Below, in pieces: positions 29,115-39,012 of a stretch of 64,000 nt of DNA. The notes beneath the pieces were generated by a model, which worked only from the letters and a program-made list of their open reading frames with translations, was not told the DNA's origin and did not search any database. Source of the stretch: Candidatus Nanohaloarchaea archaeon (GTDB lineage Archaea; Nanohalarchaeota; Nanosalinia; Nanosalinales; Nanosalinaceae); the NCBI GenBank assembly GCA_041640035.1, contig JBEQBC010000001.1, positions 192,001-256,000 on the forward strand, given 5' to 3'. Position numbers and translations under genes: made by a program. Each line of letters opens with the position of its first letter. Within the stretch, counting starts at the first letter, position 1.

Positions 29115-30989
29115 ATGGAAGAACTTGATGACATTAAAGACATGCTGCCGGATAACGCACAGGTTGACGAACTTCGATACGAAGCTTCAGATATCGTAGT
29201 CTACACTGGTAGCAAAGAATTTTTCTTGAATAACTCAGATGTTGTAAAAGAAATTGTATCCAAAATCAAGAAGCGAGTGGAGATCAGACCTTCATCCAAA
29301 CTATTCATGGATCCAGAACGAGCAGAAGAGAAAGTTCATGAGGTAGTTAGTGATGATGCAGGTCTTGAAGAAGTTATTTTCCAGCCTTCACTCGGTAAAA
29401 TGATACTAAGAGCAGAAAAACCTGGAAAGGTAATTGGGAACAACGGCAGAGGACTTGACGAACTAAGAGAGAAAACGATGTGGAGTCCACAGGTCGAAAG
29501 AGTTCCTGCAATCCAGTCAAATGTAGTTGACCGAGCAAGAGAGCTTACAGTAGAGGATCCAGAGTTCAGGAAAGACTTCCTCCACGATGTAGGTCAGAAG
29601 ATCAGACTGGACAAATCAGTAGGAGATGAATGGATAAGAATCTCCTCACTAGGAGGATTCCGGCAGGTAGGGCGCTCATGCGTACTACTTCAGACAGAGG
29701 AATCAAATGTACTGATGGACTGTGGAATCGATCCAAGCGCTGAACCAGGCAGTAGGGAGAACTTCCCGTACCTGAACGCACCTGAACTGAACCTTCAGGA
29801 ACTTGATGCAGTGATTCTATCACACGCACATATGGACCATGTCGGAATGATACCGTACCTGTACAAGATGGGGTATGATGGCCCGCTTTACTGTACAGAA
29901 CCGACCAGAGATCTGATGATTATGCTTACACTGGATTACATCGGCCTGGCGCATTCAGAGAACAACAAGGCGCCTTATGACTCCAGTGCGATTAAAAAGG
30001 CGGTCAAGCGTACAATTACTCCTGATTATGGAGAGGTTACTGATATCACTCCGGATATGCGTTTGACTTTGAGAAACTCAGGTCATATCATCGGAAGTGC
30101 ATTGACCCATATCCATGTTGGAGAAGGACTGCACAACATCCTGTACACCGGAGATTACAACTATGATACTACAGAGATGCTGAGTCCTGCATCCACCAAC
30201 TTCCAGAGAGTGGAGACCATGATCACAGAATCCACTTACGGTGGACGCGACGACGAGCAGACTCCGCGTGAGGAAGCGAACAAGAAGTTCCTCTCCAAGG
30301 TTAAACAGACATTGAACAAGGGAGGAAAGGTTATCGTTCCGGCGTTCGCTGTCGGTAGAAGCCAGGAAGTACTTGGTCTTCTCGCAGATGAGATGGACCG
30401 AAGCTACTTCGACTACAATGTATACATAGACGGTATGATCAACGATGTCAACGCGTTGCATACCGCTTACCCTGAGTTCCTTTCCGATAAAGTACAGAAC
30501 AAGGTGCACCGAGAGGACTCACCTTTCCTCAAGGAGAACATCGAGGTCATAGGAAGCCACCGGGAGCGTGAACAAGTGAAGGAAGACGATGGATGCGTTA
30601 TTCTGACAACTTCCGGAAGCCTCACAGGAGGCCCCGTTCTCTCATACCTGAAAGAGTTCGCCGACGACCCAGACAACGCACTGGTCTTCGTAGGATACCA
30701 GTTCGAAGGATCACTAGGACGAAAGATTCAGGAAGGAGCCGACCATGTAGAGATCGACGGCGAGTCAGTAGAAGTCAATCTTGAAACAGAAACCGTATCA
30801 GGTTTCTCAGCACATAGCGACAGACAGCAGATAATCAACTTTGCGAAGAACCTGCGTTCCAGTCCAAGAAGAGTGTTCACTAACCACGGGGAGGAGAAGA
30901 AATGCTTCAGCCTAGCTTCCACACTTCATAAAGTGCTGAATATCGATACATCCGCACCTCAGAACCTGGAAGTCAACAGGCTGGAATAA
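29115..30989 (+). CDS. aCPSF1/FttA beta-CASP ribonuclease with KH domains
   Basis: PGKVIG KH motif, SHAHMDH, GHIIGS, ESTYG, GFSAHSD. Confidence 0.93.
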   Translation: MEELDDIKDMLPDNAQVDELRYEASDIVVYTGSKEFFLNNSDVVKEIVSKIKKRVEIRPSSKLFMDPERAEEKVHEVVSDDAGLEEVIFQPSLGKMILRAEKPGKVIGNNGRGLDELREKTMWSPQVERVPAIQSNVVDRARELTVEDPEFRKDFLHDVGQKIRLDKSVGDEWIRISSLGGFRQVGRSCVLLQTEESNVLMDCGIDPSAEPGSRENFPYLNAPELNLQELDAVILSHAHMDHVGMIPYLYKMGYDGPLYCTEPTRDLMIMLTLDYIGLAHSENNKAPYDSSAIKKAVKRTITPDYGEVTDITPDMRLTLRNSGHIIGSALTHIHVGEGLHNILYTGDYNYDTTEMLSPASTNFQRVETMITESTYGGRDDEQTPREEANKKFLSKVKQTLNKGGKVIVPAFAVGRSQEVLGLLADEMDRSYFDYNVYIDGMINDVNALHTAYPEFLSDKVQNKVHREDSPFLKENIEVIGSHREREQVKEDDGCVILTTSGSLTGGPVLSYLKEFADDPDNALVFVGYQFEGSLGRKIQEGADHVEIDGESVEVNLETETVSGFSAHSDRQQIINFAKNLRSSPRRVFTNHGEEKKCFSLASTLHKVLNIDTSAPQNLEVNRLE

Positions 30990-31006
30990 CGCCTTTAATC
31001 CTCTCT

Positions 31007-31549
31007 TTATTTTTCTCCATATTCTATTGGTATCTTTCTAGCAGTATTGTTCTGAATTTCTGCAGTAGCTATTACTACACCGTTGCCTCTGACTGTTCCA
31101 TTTTCTACATTGATCGTTTCTGGTCGGTATCCAGGGAAGACAAATATTTGATCACCATTCAGTATTTTACTGGAGACATTACCTCTTGGGCCTATTACCG
31201 TCAGTGTATCGTTGATCTGAAGTTCTCCATCAATAGCGGATTTGTTCTCCTTACTTCGCCACCTACCTTGGCTAACCCTTCTCTCACCGCTGATTACTGC
31301 TGGAAAAGTACTTTTATCCCGTCTTATGAACACATTTAGGTTTAAAGGTTCTGAATTTGTGGTGTCTTTAACCATAATCTGTGCTGTTTGATTGCTTTGA
31401 TTATAGCTGATATCAAGCTCCGGTATCTCAAGGATACTTTCTTCAATCGAGGGCGAGGGATTCAGGGTACTGTTAAAACTGACTATGTAAACTGACAGAA
31501 TCGCTATCATAAGGACTGATAGCAGAGGGATTAATTTTGTACTTTTCAT
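31007..31549 (-). CDS. Membrane-anchored exported protein
   Basis: N-terminal hydrophobic helix; AT-rich; coupled to the upstream protease gene. Confidence 0.55.
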   Translation of the reverse strand: MKSTKLIPLLSVLMIAILSVYIVSFNSTLNPSPSIEESILEIPELDISYNQSNQTAQIMVKDTTNSEPLNLNVFIRRDKSTFPAVISGERRVSQGRWRSKENKSAIDGELQINDTLTVIGPRGNVSSKILNGDQIFVFPGYRPETINVENGTVRGNGVVIATAEIQNNTARKIPIEYGEK

Positions 31550-31550
31550 T

Positions 31551-32711
31551 TCAGTAGAAGGTTCCTCCTAATTCGTTTTCAACAGTTTCAGCGCTTGTTC
31601 CTATAATGCGTTCGTAGTAATCATCACCATTACTGTCGTACTTTCCTATATGTACACCACCGATTTTGGCATTATGATGGTTGTCAGAGGAGTCATAAAC
31701 TTCTAGAAAATAAGGTCCACCGGAGTCCCCACCTTCTGATGTGCGCGTATCGAGGGTTACAGCTTGTACGTTGCCAAAGATATCTTCAATAACTCCATCT
31801 ACATATGTACTAACGCGACAACTTGTTTGTCCTTGCATATTCATATCCCAGCTTTGATCGTCTACATGGTTTCGGAGGGCATCATCAGTTAAAACCCCGG
31901 ATTCAAGTTCTCGATTTTTATTGCTAGTGTAATCGCTCGAGGCTATCCACTCTATAGGGTCTATATCTCCGGTTGGCTCTATGAAGGTACAATCAATATA
32001 ACCAGAGTCAGTATAGTCTCTAGTTACTCCAATTTTTTCTGTTACTCCGTCAACTTCGTGGAATACATCCACATTATTTCCGCCAGCAACATGACCTGCA
32101 GTTACCCATCCATCACCATATTCATTTGAATTGAAAGGACCGGCAATTGTTCCGAGATTGTCTCCTCCGGCACCGAGTAATATAGGCGCTGCACCTGAGA
32201 CATTATCATATAAGGTGCTGGAATCATAGCAGTCTGTATTCTCTTCTATTATATCAGGGGTTTCAATTCGGACTGGAATTTCATTAGATGCTTCAAAACC
32301 ATTTCTTGTCGCTCTTCCCCTGATTTTTCTAGGAATGATGCTTTCAACATGGCTTTTGTCTTCATAATTTTCTCTTAGAATAACCTCAACTCCAAAACCA
32401 GTCGGACTATCATCCATCCCCGTGAATCTCAGATGAGGTCTAGGAATGTTAGACTCGTCTTCTAGTTTTTCTCCTAGGCTTTCCAAGCCTTCTTGAGTTG
32501 TATATATTTCCTCCCATTCCTGTCTAGTTAGTGTTTTATACACTGGCTTTCTCTCAGGTCCAGAACTGGTGTTTACTGTTTTGTAAGAATGTAGATATGG
32601 TATTTTTTCATTTTCTGTACTTCTTTCTTGTGGTTGAGGAAGCCCTATAGTTAAGCCAGCAACTCCAGCTTTCTTCAAAAATTCTCGGCGGTTGTGTGAA
32701 TCCTTGTCCAT
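31551..32711 (-). CDS. Tat-signal chymotrypsin-like (S1) serine protease
   Basis: NRREFLK, TAGH, DCTFI, GDSGG; start placed at MDKDSH. Confidence 0.8.
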   Translation of the reverse strand: MDKDSHNRREFLKKAGVAGLTIGLPQPQERSTENEKIPYLHSYKTVNTSSGPERKPVYKTLTRQEWEEIYTTQEGLESLGEKLEDESNIPRPHLRFTGMDDSPTGFGVEVILRENYEDKSHVESIIPRKIRGRATRNGFEASNEIPVRIETPDIIEENTDCYDSSTLYDNVSGAAPILLGAGGDNLGTIAGPFNSNEYGDGWVTAGHVAGGNNVDVFHEVDGVTEKIGVTRDYTDSGYIDCTFIEPTGDIDPIEWIASSDYTSNKNRELESGVLTDDALRNHVDDQSWDMNMQGQTSCRVSTYVDGVIEDIFGNVQAVTLDTRTSEGGDSGGPYFLEVYDSSDNHHNAKIGGVHIGKYDSNGDDYYERIIGTSAETVENELGGTFY

Positions 32712-32876
32712 ATGCACTTTTAGTCTCCCTAAAGTTTGTTTAAAAATCTTAGGCTTCATTTCGAGGCTTTTTTTGTTTATAACTAGTTTTGATCTGATTT
32801 AGGCCTATTTTGGGCTTAAATATAGGACTTATTTTACCACACTGGTTTTTTATTTCAGAGAGGTTAACTAAGTTGT

Positions 32877-33137
32877 ATGGTTTATTCTAAAAAGTGTGTG
32901 AACTGCGATAAGCTTATTGATTTCGGAAGTACTGATCCAGAGGAAGATAACTTGAAGCCGGCTGAGCTTCCTGAGAATGCTATGAGATTTAACGGCGATC
33001 TTTACTGTAAGGAATGTGTGAAGGAGTTTGTTCAGTTCGGTACCGGTGATCTTCAGTCCCGTATCGAGTTCCTTGAGGAAAAAATGGAGGATGTAGCTGA
33101 AGCACTTGGAATGCAGAAAACACTCAACTCAGAATAA
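32877..33137 (+). CDS. Small Zn-finger/coiled-coil protein
   Basis: CVNC...CKEC plus a heptad tail. Confidence 0.65.
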   Translation: MVYSKKCVNCDKLIDFGSTDPEEDNLKPAELPENAMRFNGDLYCKECVKEFVQFGTGDLQSRIEFLEEKMEDVAEALGMQKTLNSE

Positions 33138-33221
33138 TATTTCTTTCATTTCTTGTAGAACAGAACTAGCTAGATTATAGATAAATAGAAAATTAGATAG
33201 ATAGAAATGTAGAGTACTTTT

Positions 33222-33596
33222 TTACTCTTCCTGGACTGCGTCGCTACTTCGCTCAATTTCTGCAAAGCTTGGACATGCGATAACCCAGTCCTCGTCTACG
33301 CCTGCCATGTCTCCGTCGATAGCTTTGATCGTCTTCTTCAGTCTCTTGATTGCTCTCTTCAGCTTGGTCATGTCTTTGTTCTTTAGTGGACGGATGTTTA
33401 CCCAGACGATATGGTTGTTTCTCAGGTGTTCCTGTACTTCGTCTACATCGTCAAATTCCTTCAGTGTAACCGCTCTTACTACTACTTTTTGTCTTTCCTC
33501 TGTTGCTACTGCGTCTAGTTCTACGAAGTCGTCGTCTACCGTTACATTTTCGGAGTCGTCTGAACTGTCTTTCTTTAGAAACCCAAGATCAACCAT
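33222..33596 (-). CDS. sepF: Cell division protein SepF
   Basis: IVWVNIRPL...AIDGDMAGV...VIACP pattern of archaeal SepF. Confidence 0.8.
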   Translation of the reverse strand: MVDLGFLKKDSSDDSENVTVDDDFVELDAVATEERQKVVVRAVTLKEFDDVDEVQEHLRNNHIVWVNIRPLKNKDMTKLKRAIKRLKKTIKAIDGDMAGVDEDWVIACPSFAEIERSSDAVQEE

Positions 33597-33707
33597 TTTT
33601 TGATTACCTCTTAGTTATAAGCGGTAACTTAGTTTTTTTATAGTTTATCAAGGCTGTATTACAGAACTTGGGAAATTGGTGGAAAATAAGTGGTGAGAAT
33701 ATGACTT

Positions 33708-33953
33708 TTACTCCAGGCTTTCTACTTTGGAAGCGATGTTCCAGATCTCTGTCCTGGTATGCTGTCTGATATTGGGATCGTTGCTTACCTGGTCAAGAAT
33801 GGATGATGCGCTGTTAACTCTTACTGAAATCTCTTTATCTTCGTTTTCGAGGATGTCTGCTGCTTCATCAAGTTTCTCTGCTACATTTGAGGGTATATCG
33901 TCTCCCTCGCTGAGGTCTCTTACTCTTGCGACTACTCCGTTTACTGATGCCAT
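33708..33953 (-). CDS. UPF0147 family protein
   Basis: IPSNV, SNDPNI, HTRTEIWNI. Confidence 0.85.
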   Translation of the reverse strand: MASVNGVVARVRDLSEGDDIPSNVAEKLDEAADILENEDKEISVRVNSASSILDQVSNDPNIRQHTRTEIWNIASKVESLE

Positions 33954-34003
33954 AAAAAATACACCTTGTAGAAAATAGGGTTTTGGGAACCGGTTTTATC
34001 CGG

Positions 34004-34339
34004 TTATTGCCCCATTTGCTGTCTGAATTTTTGCTGGCTTTCCTGCATTTCTTCTTGCAGGTTCTCTTCTTTCTTCTCTAGACTCTTGATTCTTACTTCT
34101 AGATCTTCTTTCTCTTCTTCTAGCTCTTCCTTAAGTTGGTCTGTGTCCTTTGCGATCATTAGATCGCCGACCTGTCTGTATACCTGGCCATTGTCTCCTT
34201 CCTCGATCTCGTCAAGTGCCTTTTGAACTCCTTCAAGTTCGTTTTGGCTTTCTTCTTTCTGAGCTGTGATTTCCTGAAGTTTCTGCTGATTTTCCTGAAG
34301 CTGCATCATCATCTTCTGTGCGTCTTGTTGATCTGACAT
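34004..34339 (-). CDS. pfdB: Prefoldin beta subunit
   Basis: VYRQVGDLMI hairpin between coiled coils; superoperon position. Confidence 0.88.
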   Translation of the reverse strand: MSDQQDAQKMMMQLQENQQKLQEITAQKEESQNELEGVQKALDEIEEGDNGQVYRQVGDLMIAKDTDQLKEELEEEKEDLEVRIKSLEKKEENLQEEMQESQQKFRQQMGQ

Positions 34340-34347
34340 AGTTGTAG

Positions 34348-34572
34348 TTAAACCTCTTTTGAGTATATCTTGTCTGCAAGCATTATTAACCTGAACACTG
34401 AATCGGAACAACCTCGAAGCACTCCTAGTTTCTCGGTTTGTATATTGATATCAAGAGAATCTTCCTGATTCTCCAATCTGTATGTAACTTTTTCGTTATT
34501 TTTGAGGCTTGGACGGACTGAATCAGCTGTAAGAACTGGTTCTGATAATTCAAAGCTGATATCGGTTTTCAT
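34348..34572 (-). CDS. KEOPS subunit Pcc1-like
   Basis: Size, LGVLRG...FRLI motif and position between rpoP and pfdB. Confidence 0.65.
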   Translation of the reverse strand: MKTDISFELSEPVLTADSVRPSLKNNEKVTYRLENQEDSLDINIQTEKLGVLRGCSDSVFRLIMLADKIYSKEV

Positions 34573-34655
34573 ATTTTATCCTCCAAAGCTCTAAGCAATA
34601 TCTGTGGATATTGAAAAGGGAAAAATTAATTTTGAGGGGGAAAGCAGAGCGTTGT

Positions 34656-34796
34656 TTAAACTGCCTCTACTTCATTAGGTGTCTCTGGTCGTTTCTTGAA
34701 GAGAACTCTGTGACTGCATTTAGGACAGATTACTTTCTCATTGACAGGGTCGACTTCTACCTCTTCCTCACACTTTACGCATACATATGCTGGCAT
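34656..34796 (-). CDS. rpoP: RNA polymerase subunit P (Rpo12)
   Basis: Hand translation MPAYVCVKC...ICPKCSHRVLFKKRP (46 aa, below the ORF-track cutoff). Confidence 0.9.
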   Translation of the reverse strand: MPAYVCVKCEEEVEVDPVNEKVICPKCSHRVLFKKRPETPNEVEAV

Positions 34797-34807
34797 AAAG
34801 TACTCAC

Positions 34808-35092
34808 CTATTCCTCAATCTGCTCTTTTGCAGCTTCAAGTTCCTCGGTTTCGACCTTTAGAGCCTTATCCAGAAGTTCGTCTGCTCCTGTATCCTGTTC
34901 GTATGCTCCACCTGCTTCTTTATGACCGCATTTCTGACATTCCCATACTCCTGCTGCCGGTCTTTCCATCTGATCTGACCCGCATTCTGGGCATTCTTCA
35001 TCTGTACGGTCTTCTGCTTCGTCTACATTCTTCCTGATACGGCTTCCGTAACGGGAACCGAATCTTTTGGAGGACTTGTTCTCTCGTGGCAT
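34808..35092 (-). CDS. rpl37ae: 50S ribosomal protein eL43 (L37ae)
   Basis: RFGSRYG, CPEC, GVWECQKC, GGAY. Confidence 0.93.
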   Translation of the reverse strand: MPRENKSSKRFGSRYGSRIRKNVDEAEDRTDEECPECGSDQMERPAAGVWECQKCGHKEAGGAYEQDTGADELLDKALKVETEELEAAKEQIEE

Positions 35093-35142
35093 TGTTTTAG
35101 TCTTTCACCTTCTATATTGTGAGAGATGGGAGGGGAATTTTT

Positions 35143-35931
35143 TTATTCCTCCGCATCCCGGAGAAGTTCTCTCAGTTTCTCTGTCTGGTTTTTCGCTTCT
35201 TCCATGGTGTCCTTGATCTCTTCCTGACTGTAAGGCTGCATGCCTCCTTTCTGCATGGCTACTACACTGTCGTCTTCAGTCAGTGTAACTGTCATTCTTG
35301 CGTCGAGAGCTTCTTCCTCTTCGCCGGTGGTATCCCACATAAGTGAGTCCTCGATCTTCCGACCTGTAACTGTTACAGGTTCCTTCTCTAGAGGGATATC
35401 CTGACTTTCATCATCTCTGTCAAGTGTGTCCTCTTCCTCGTCGTAAGGAGGTAGGTATCCTGTCTGAAGTGCTGCTACAGCTCCAAGAGCTGATGCATCA
35501 ATCAGGTTACCGTCGTCGTTGAGAACATGTACATCGATGAATAGTGTGTAGACTTTCTCTCCTTCTACGATGCAGAGTTCTTCAAGATCTACTGCTTCGC
35601 TTTCTCTTATCCCTCGGTCGACTACCCGTGCTAGTTCTACTCCATCTTCCTGTGGCGGTCCGGATTCGAACTCTCGGGAAGCCATAGGTGCAAGTTCAGC
35701 GTTCGTGACAATTGTACCTGATTCCGGTCTGTCCGGGTAAGGTTCCTCGATGTCTACGCTGAGTCCTACTACTACATCGGTGTCTCCGATCTTGACTCTT
35801 GCTGATCCCTGGCTTGTGGTTGGGATATAGTCTGTTTCTAACTGGATTTCTCTGTATTCGTCTAGGTCTCGGCCGTCCAGGCGTTCGCCGTCTCGGGCCA
35901 TCTTCTTGATTGTCTGTTCGTTAAGCTTCAT
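35143..35931 (-). CDS. rrp42: Exosome subunit Rrp42
   Basis: RLDGR, ELARVVDRGIRES, DDGNLIDA. Confidence 0.93.
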   Translation of the reverse strand: MKLNEQTIKKMARDGERLDGRDLDEYREIQLETDYIPTTSQGSARVKIGDTDVVVGLSVDIEEPYPDRPESGTIVTNAELAPMASREFESGPPQEDGVELARVVDRGIRESEAVDLEELCIVEGEKVYTLFIDVHVLNDDGNLIDASALGAVAALQTGYLPPYDEEEDTLDRDDESQDIPLEKEPVTVTGRKIEDSLMWDTTGEEEEALDARMTVTLTEDDSVVAMQKGGMQPYSQEEIKDTMEEAKNQTEKLRELLRDAEE

Positions 35932-36662
35932 TCGAAATCACCTGCTTCTTTATCGTACTTTTCTTTCAGTGCTTTTCTCTGCATCTCGTCAAGGTCTGCA
36001 CATCCTTCCTTTGCTAGGCTGACACAGTCGTCAACCTGTTCGATTGTCAGGTCGCCGTCCATCTGGAGAAGTGTTATTTCGTCTCCGCCGTTGATGGTTG
36101 CGATCGGGATGTCTGCGTTTCCTTCCTTATCTTCCTTTCCGATTACATCCAGTACGGGTGTATCGTCGACTACTCCTGCTGCGCATGCGGATACAAGTCC
36201 TTTCATAGGCATTCCTGCGTCTGCTAGTGCTAGACTAGCTGCTGTGATGCCTGCTGCTCGTGTTCCTCCGTCACTTTCGATGATTTCCATGGAGATGTCG
36301 ATTCCTGCGGTTGGGAATTCATCGAGTTCGATTGCTGGTTCTAGTGCGCGTCGTGCGACTAATCCGATTTCTTTTGCTCTTCGGTTTGGTCCAGGGCTCA
36401 TTCTGTCGTCTACGGAGAATGGAGCCATGTTGTATCGCATCTTGATTACTGCTCTATCACTTTTTTGCAGGTGCTTTGGGTGCAGGTCCTGTGGTCCGAA
36501 AACGGAAGCTACTACTCTGGTGTTTCCTACTTCTACCATTGCTGATCCGTCTGCTTCGGTGAGGACGCCTGCTTCCATGGTTGTTTCTCGCATTTCGTCT
36601 TTTTCTCTTCCGTCGATTCTCTTTCCTTCGTCGTCAAACCATTCTACTTCTTGTTCGCTCAT
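35928..36662 (-). CDS. rrp41: Exosome subunit Rrp41
   Basis: RIDGR, ADGSA, YNMAPFS, SDGGTR, LLQMDG. Confidence 0.95.
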   Translation of the reverse strand: MSEQEVEWFDDEGKRIDGREKDEMRETTMEAGVLTEADGSAMVEVGNTRVVASVFGPQDLHPKHLQKSDRAVIKMRYNMAPFSVDDRMSPGPNRRAKEIGLVARRALEPAIELDEFPTAGIDISMEIIESDGGTRAAGITAASLALADAGMPMKGLVSACAAGVVDDTPVLDVIGKEDKEGNADIPIATINGGDEITLLQMDGDLTIEQVDDCVSLAKEGCADLDEMQRKALKEKYDKEAGDFE

Positions 36663-37360
36663 TGTTCGTCACCTTCGTTGTCTTCTGTTTTTTCTTCTAG
36701 CCATTCGGCTATTCTGTCGGTCAATCCGTCTGTATGTGCTTCTTCTTCGACTTTCTTGACTGCCTTAGCTGCAAGGCTCATGTTGCCTCCGTTGATCCAT
36801 ACTAGTCCGTTCTGTCCGACCAGGATGTTTGCGTCTGTGTAGTCGATGATCTGTTTGACCATTGTTCCCTGTTTTCCGATTACTCGTGGGACTTTGCTTG
36901 GAGCGATTTCGATTATTCGTCCGCCTTCAAGCTTCTTGCATCTTCGGTCTTCCATGGACATGTCGACATCTTTGGATTCGCTGACTGATGTGATCTCGAT
37001 CATTACTGCGTCTCCTACATCGAAGAAGTCTGTTAGGTCGTCTTCGTCTAGGTCGACATATTCGTCGGTTGCGTCTGCGATGTTCAGTGTTCCCTCGTAT
37101 GGGGAGTTGAAGTCGACATTCCAGCGGGAGTAGCTTACCCGGCTGATTTCTCCGATTACGATGTCGCCTTCCTGTGGGACATATCTTCCGGAGAGTGGTC
37201 TGACCTGGATGTGGTTGTTTTTGTACTGGACTGAGCCCAAGTATTTAGAGTAGATTTTGCCGTTTTTCTGGTAAACGCCTGATGCTGCGTCGACATCTGT
37301 TCCGTCGAATACAGCTTCTCCTGGCGTTACAATTTCATTAGAGTCTTTCAAACGAGTCAT
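36659..37360 (-). CDS. rrp4: Exosome subunit Rrp4
   Basis: YVPQEGDIVIG S1 domain; PSKVPRVIGKQG KH domain. Confidence 0.93.
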   Translation of the reverse strand: MTRLKDSNEIVTPGEAVFDGTDVDAASGVYQKNGKIYSKYLGSVQYKNNHIQVRPLSGRYVPQEGDIVIGEISRVSYSRWNVDFNSPYEGTLNIADATDEYVDLDEDDLTDFFDVGDAVMIEITSVSESKDVDMSMEDRRCKKLEGGRIIEIAPSKVPRVIGKQGTMVKQIIDYTDANILVGQNGLVWINGGNMSLAAKAVKKVEEEAHTDGLTDRIAEWLEEKTEDNEGDEQ

Positions 37361-37526
37361 GTGATGTTATTACCTCGAAAAAATTTGTGTTTAGCTGAGA
37401 GCCCCTGAACCGTTGAAATGTATTATAGTTCAGAAGCCGTTATCTAGCTTTTCTTTATAGTTACAGTTTAAAGAAGAAGTTTTTTATAAGCTGATTACCT
37501 AGCCCCAGTGAAAGTCTTTACTGGTT

Positions 37527-38216
37527 CTATATGTCTTCCTTGACCTGTGTCTTACCTGAAGTCATCTCCTGCAGCTCTTCAAGAAGTTCTGAGAAAACTC
37601 CTGCCGGCATGGTAACCTTTGCGTAGAAGTAGTCGCTACCCCATTCCTCTTTTTCAACTTCAGCCTGGCTCTGAATCTTGTCATAAGCCTTCCCAGATTC
37701 ATCGTTCGGTATCTGAAGAACAACAGTTTTCTCATCCAGCGAGACAGGGATAATCGGCCTGATCATATCTATAGCCTCCTGGAACTGATCTTCAACATCC
37801 TCGAACGCATCAGCGTTGAAACCTGCTTCATCAAGTGCGTTCTCAACTCTCTGCGGCGGATGCGGGTTACCTGTCTTCGGGTTTTGAACCCTGCGTGCGA
37901 TCATGTTAACTACCTGTTTGTATTTGTCTTCCCGGATTTCTGCTTTCTGTTCGGTGGTTAGCTGCATCTCACCTTTCTCGAATATTTCCTCGGCAGCTTT
38001 CATTACCTGCTTGGTTCCAAACTCGTCTTCCAGTTCTTCTGCGGATGCTCTTTCTCCGGCTCCGGCGTCCGTGAAGATGTCCTGTACGAATAATAGTCTC
38101 TGTATATCGACATCTTTACCTTCCAGTTTGGCTTCCTTCGCCAGGTCAGGGTCAACTAGAATTTCGAATTCCTTTCCGTTATCGTATCTTATCCGTACAG
38201 CATCCGATGTGTCCAT
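37527..38216 (-). CDS. Ribosome maturation factor SBDS/Sdo1
   Basis: FEILVDP, GEMQLT, NPKTGNPHPPQR. Confidence 0.93.
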   Translation of the reverse strand: MDTSDAVRIRYDNGKEFEILVDPDLAKEAKLEGKDVDIQRLLFVQDIFTDAGAGERASAEELEDEFGTKQVMKAAEEIFEKGEMQLTTEQKAEIREDKYKQVVNMIARRVQNPKTGNPHPPQRVENALDEAGFNADAFEDVEDQFQEAIDMIRPIIPVSLDEKTVVLQIPNDESGKAYDKIQSQAEVEKEEWGSDYFYAKVTMPAGVFSELLEELQEMTSGKTQVKEDI

Positions 38217-38232
38217 ATGTGTGGATGCGGGT

Positions 38233-38583
38233 TTATTCTTTAAACCTGTTTTTGACCTGTGTCGGTAGGAGTCTGTAGTACCATTTTTCTCTTTCTCTGG
38301 CCGCTATGTTCAGGATTAGGAGTGCGGTGGTCATGGTGAGTGTGACGAATGTTCCTGCTAGGGATCCGACCAGTAGATTGGTTCCTTCTGTCATTGTGCT
38401 GTTGATTATGACTCCTGCTTCTGCCAGGAATCCTGCCATCAGGAGCAGCATAGCGGTTCTTACATCTCCATGGCTTAATGCGAGGTATTCAAGTGCCTGT
38501 TCAGGTTCTTCGTATATTCTTTTCAGCAGTGTTGCTGCAAAGAACGGTATCGGCAAGGTTATCAGAAAGGCAATCCAAGCCAT
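38233..38583 (-). CDS. Small 3-TM membrane protein (pair 1, second gene)
   Basis: Three hydrophobic segments; overlaps its partner gene. Confidence 0.6.
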   Translation of the reverse strand: MAWIAFLITLPIPFFAATLLKRIYEEPEQALEYLALSHGDVRTAMLLLMAGFLAEAGVIINSTMTEGTNLLVGSLAGTFVTLTMTTALLILNIAAREREKWYYRLLPTQVKNRFKE

Positions 38584-38900
38584 CTACTTTCACGGTTGTT
38601 TACGATATCGTTCATGATTTTGAAGAATACAGCCCAGAAAACCAGGCAGGCATCGAATAACCAGGTCATCAAGGTGTAAGAGTCCTGTGCGAGAAAGAAT
38701 GTTGCGGTGCTTGAGAGAACTGTGGCTATGAACATGGCTGAAAAGGCTATCTTTGATCTATCCTCGTTAAGTTTGATTAGATGTGCTGCTGTTTTACGGT
38801 CGTCTCTCCAGGAACGCTCAAAGCCAACAAGGTTGTATATAATGTATGCTAGAACTGCCAGTACCGTTAGATCTTTGGCGATCAGCAGTTCCTCGATCAT
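38562..38900 (-). CDS. Small 3-TM membrane protein (pair 1, first gene)
   Basis: Three hydrophobic segments; TM1-loop pattern resembles pairs 2 and 3. Confidence 0.6.
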   Translation of the reverse strand: MIEELLIAKDLTVLAVLAYIIYNLVGFERSWRDDRKTAAHLIKLNEDRSKIAFSAMFIATVLSSTATFFLAQDSYTLMTWLFDACLVFWAVFFKIMNDIVNNRESRWLGLPF

Positions 38901-39012
38901 GTTGACTAATTCAGGCTTTCAGCAGTTTAAACTTGTGGTGGAGAATTTGATCAAACTATTCGAAATTCTGGAGATAAATCAAAAGGAGAGAAATTAGAGG
39001 TAAAAAAGGGTT

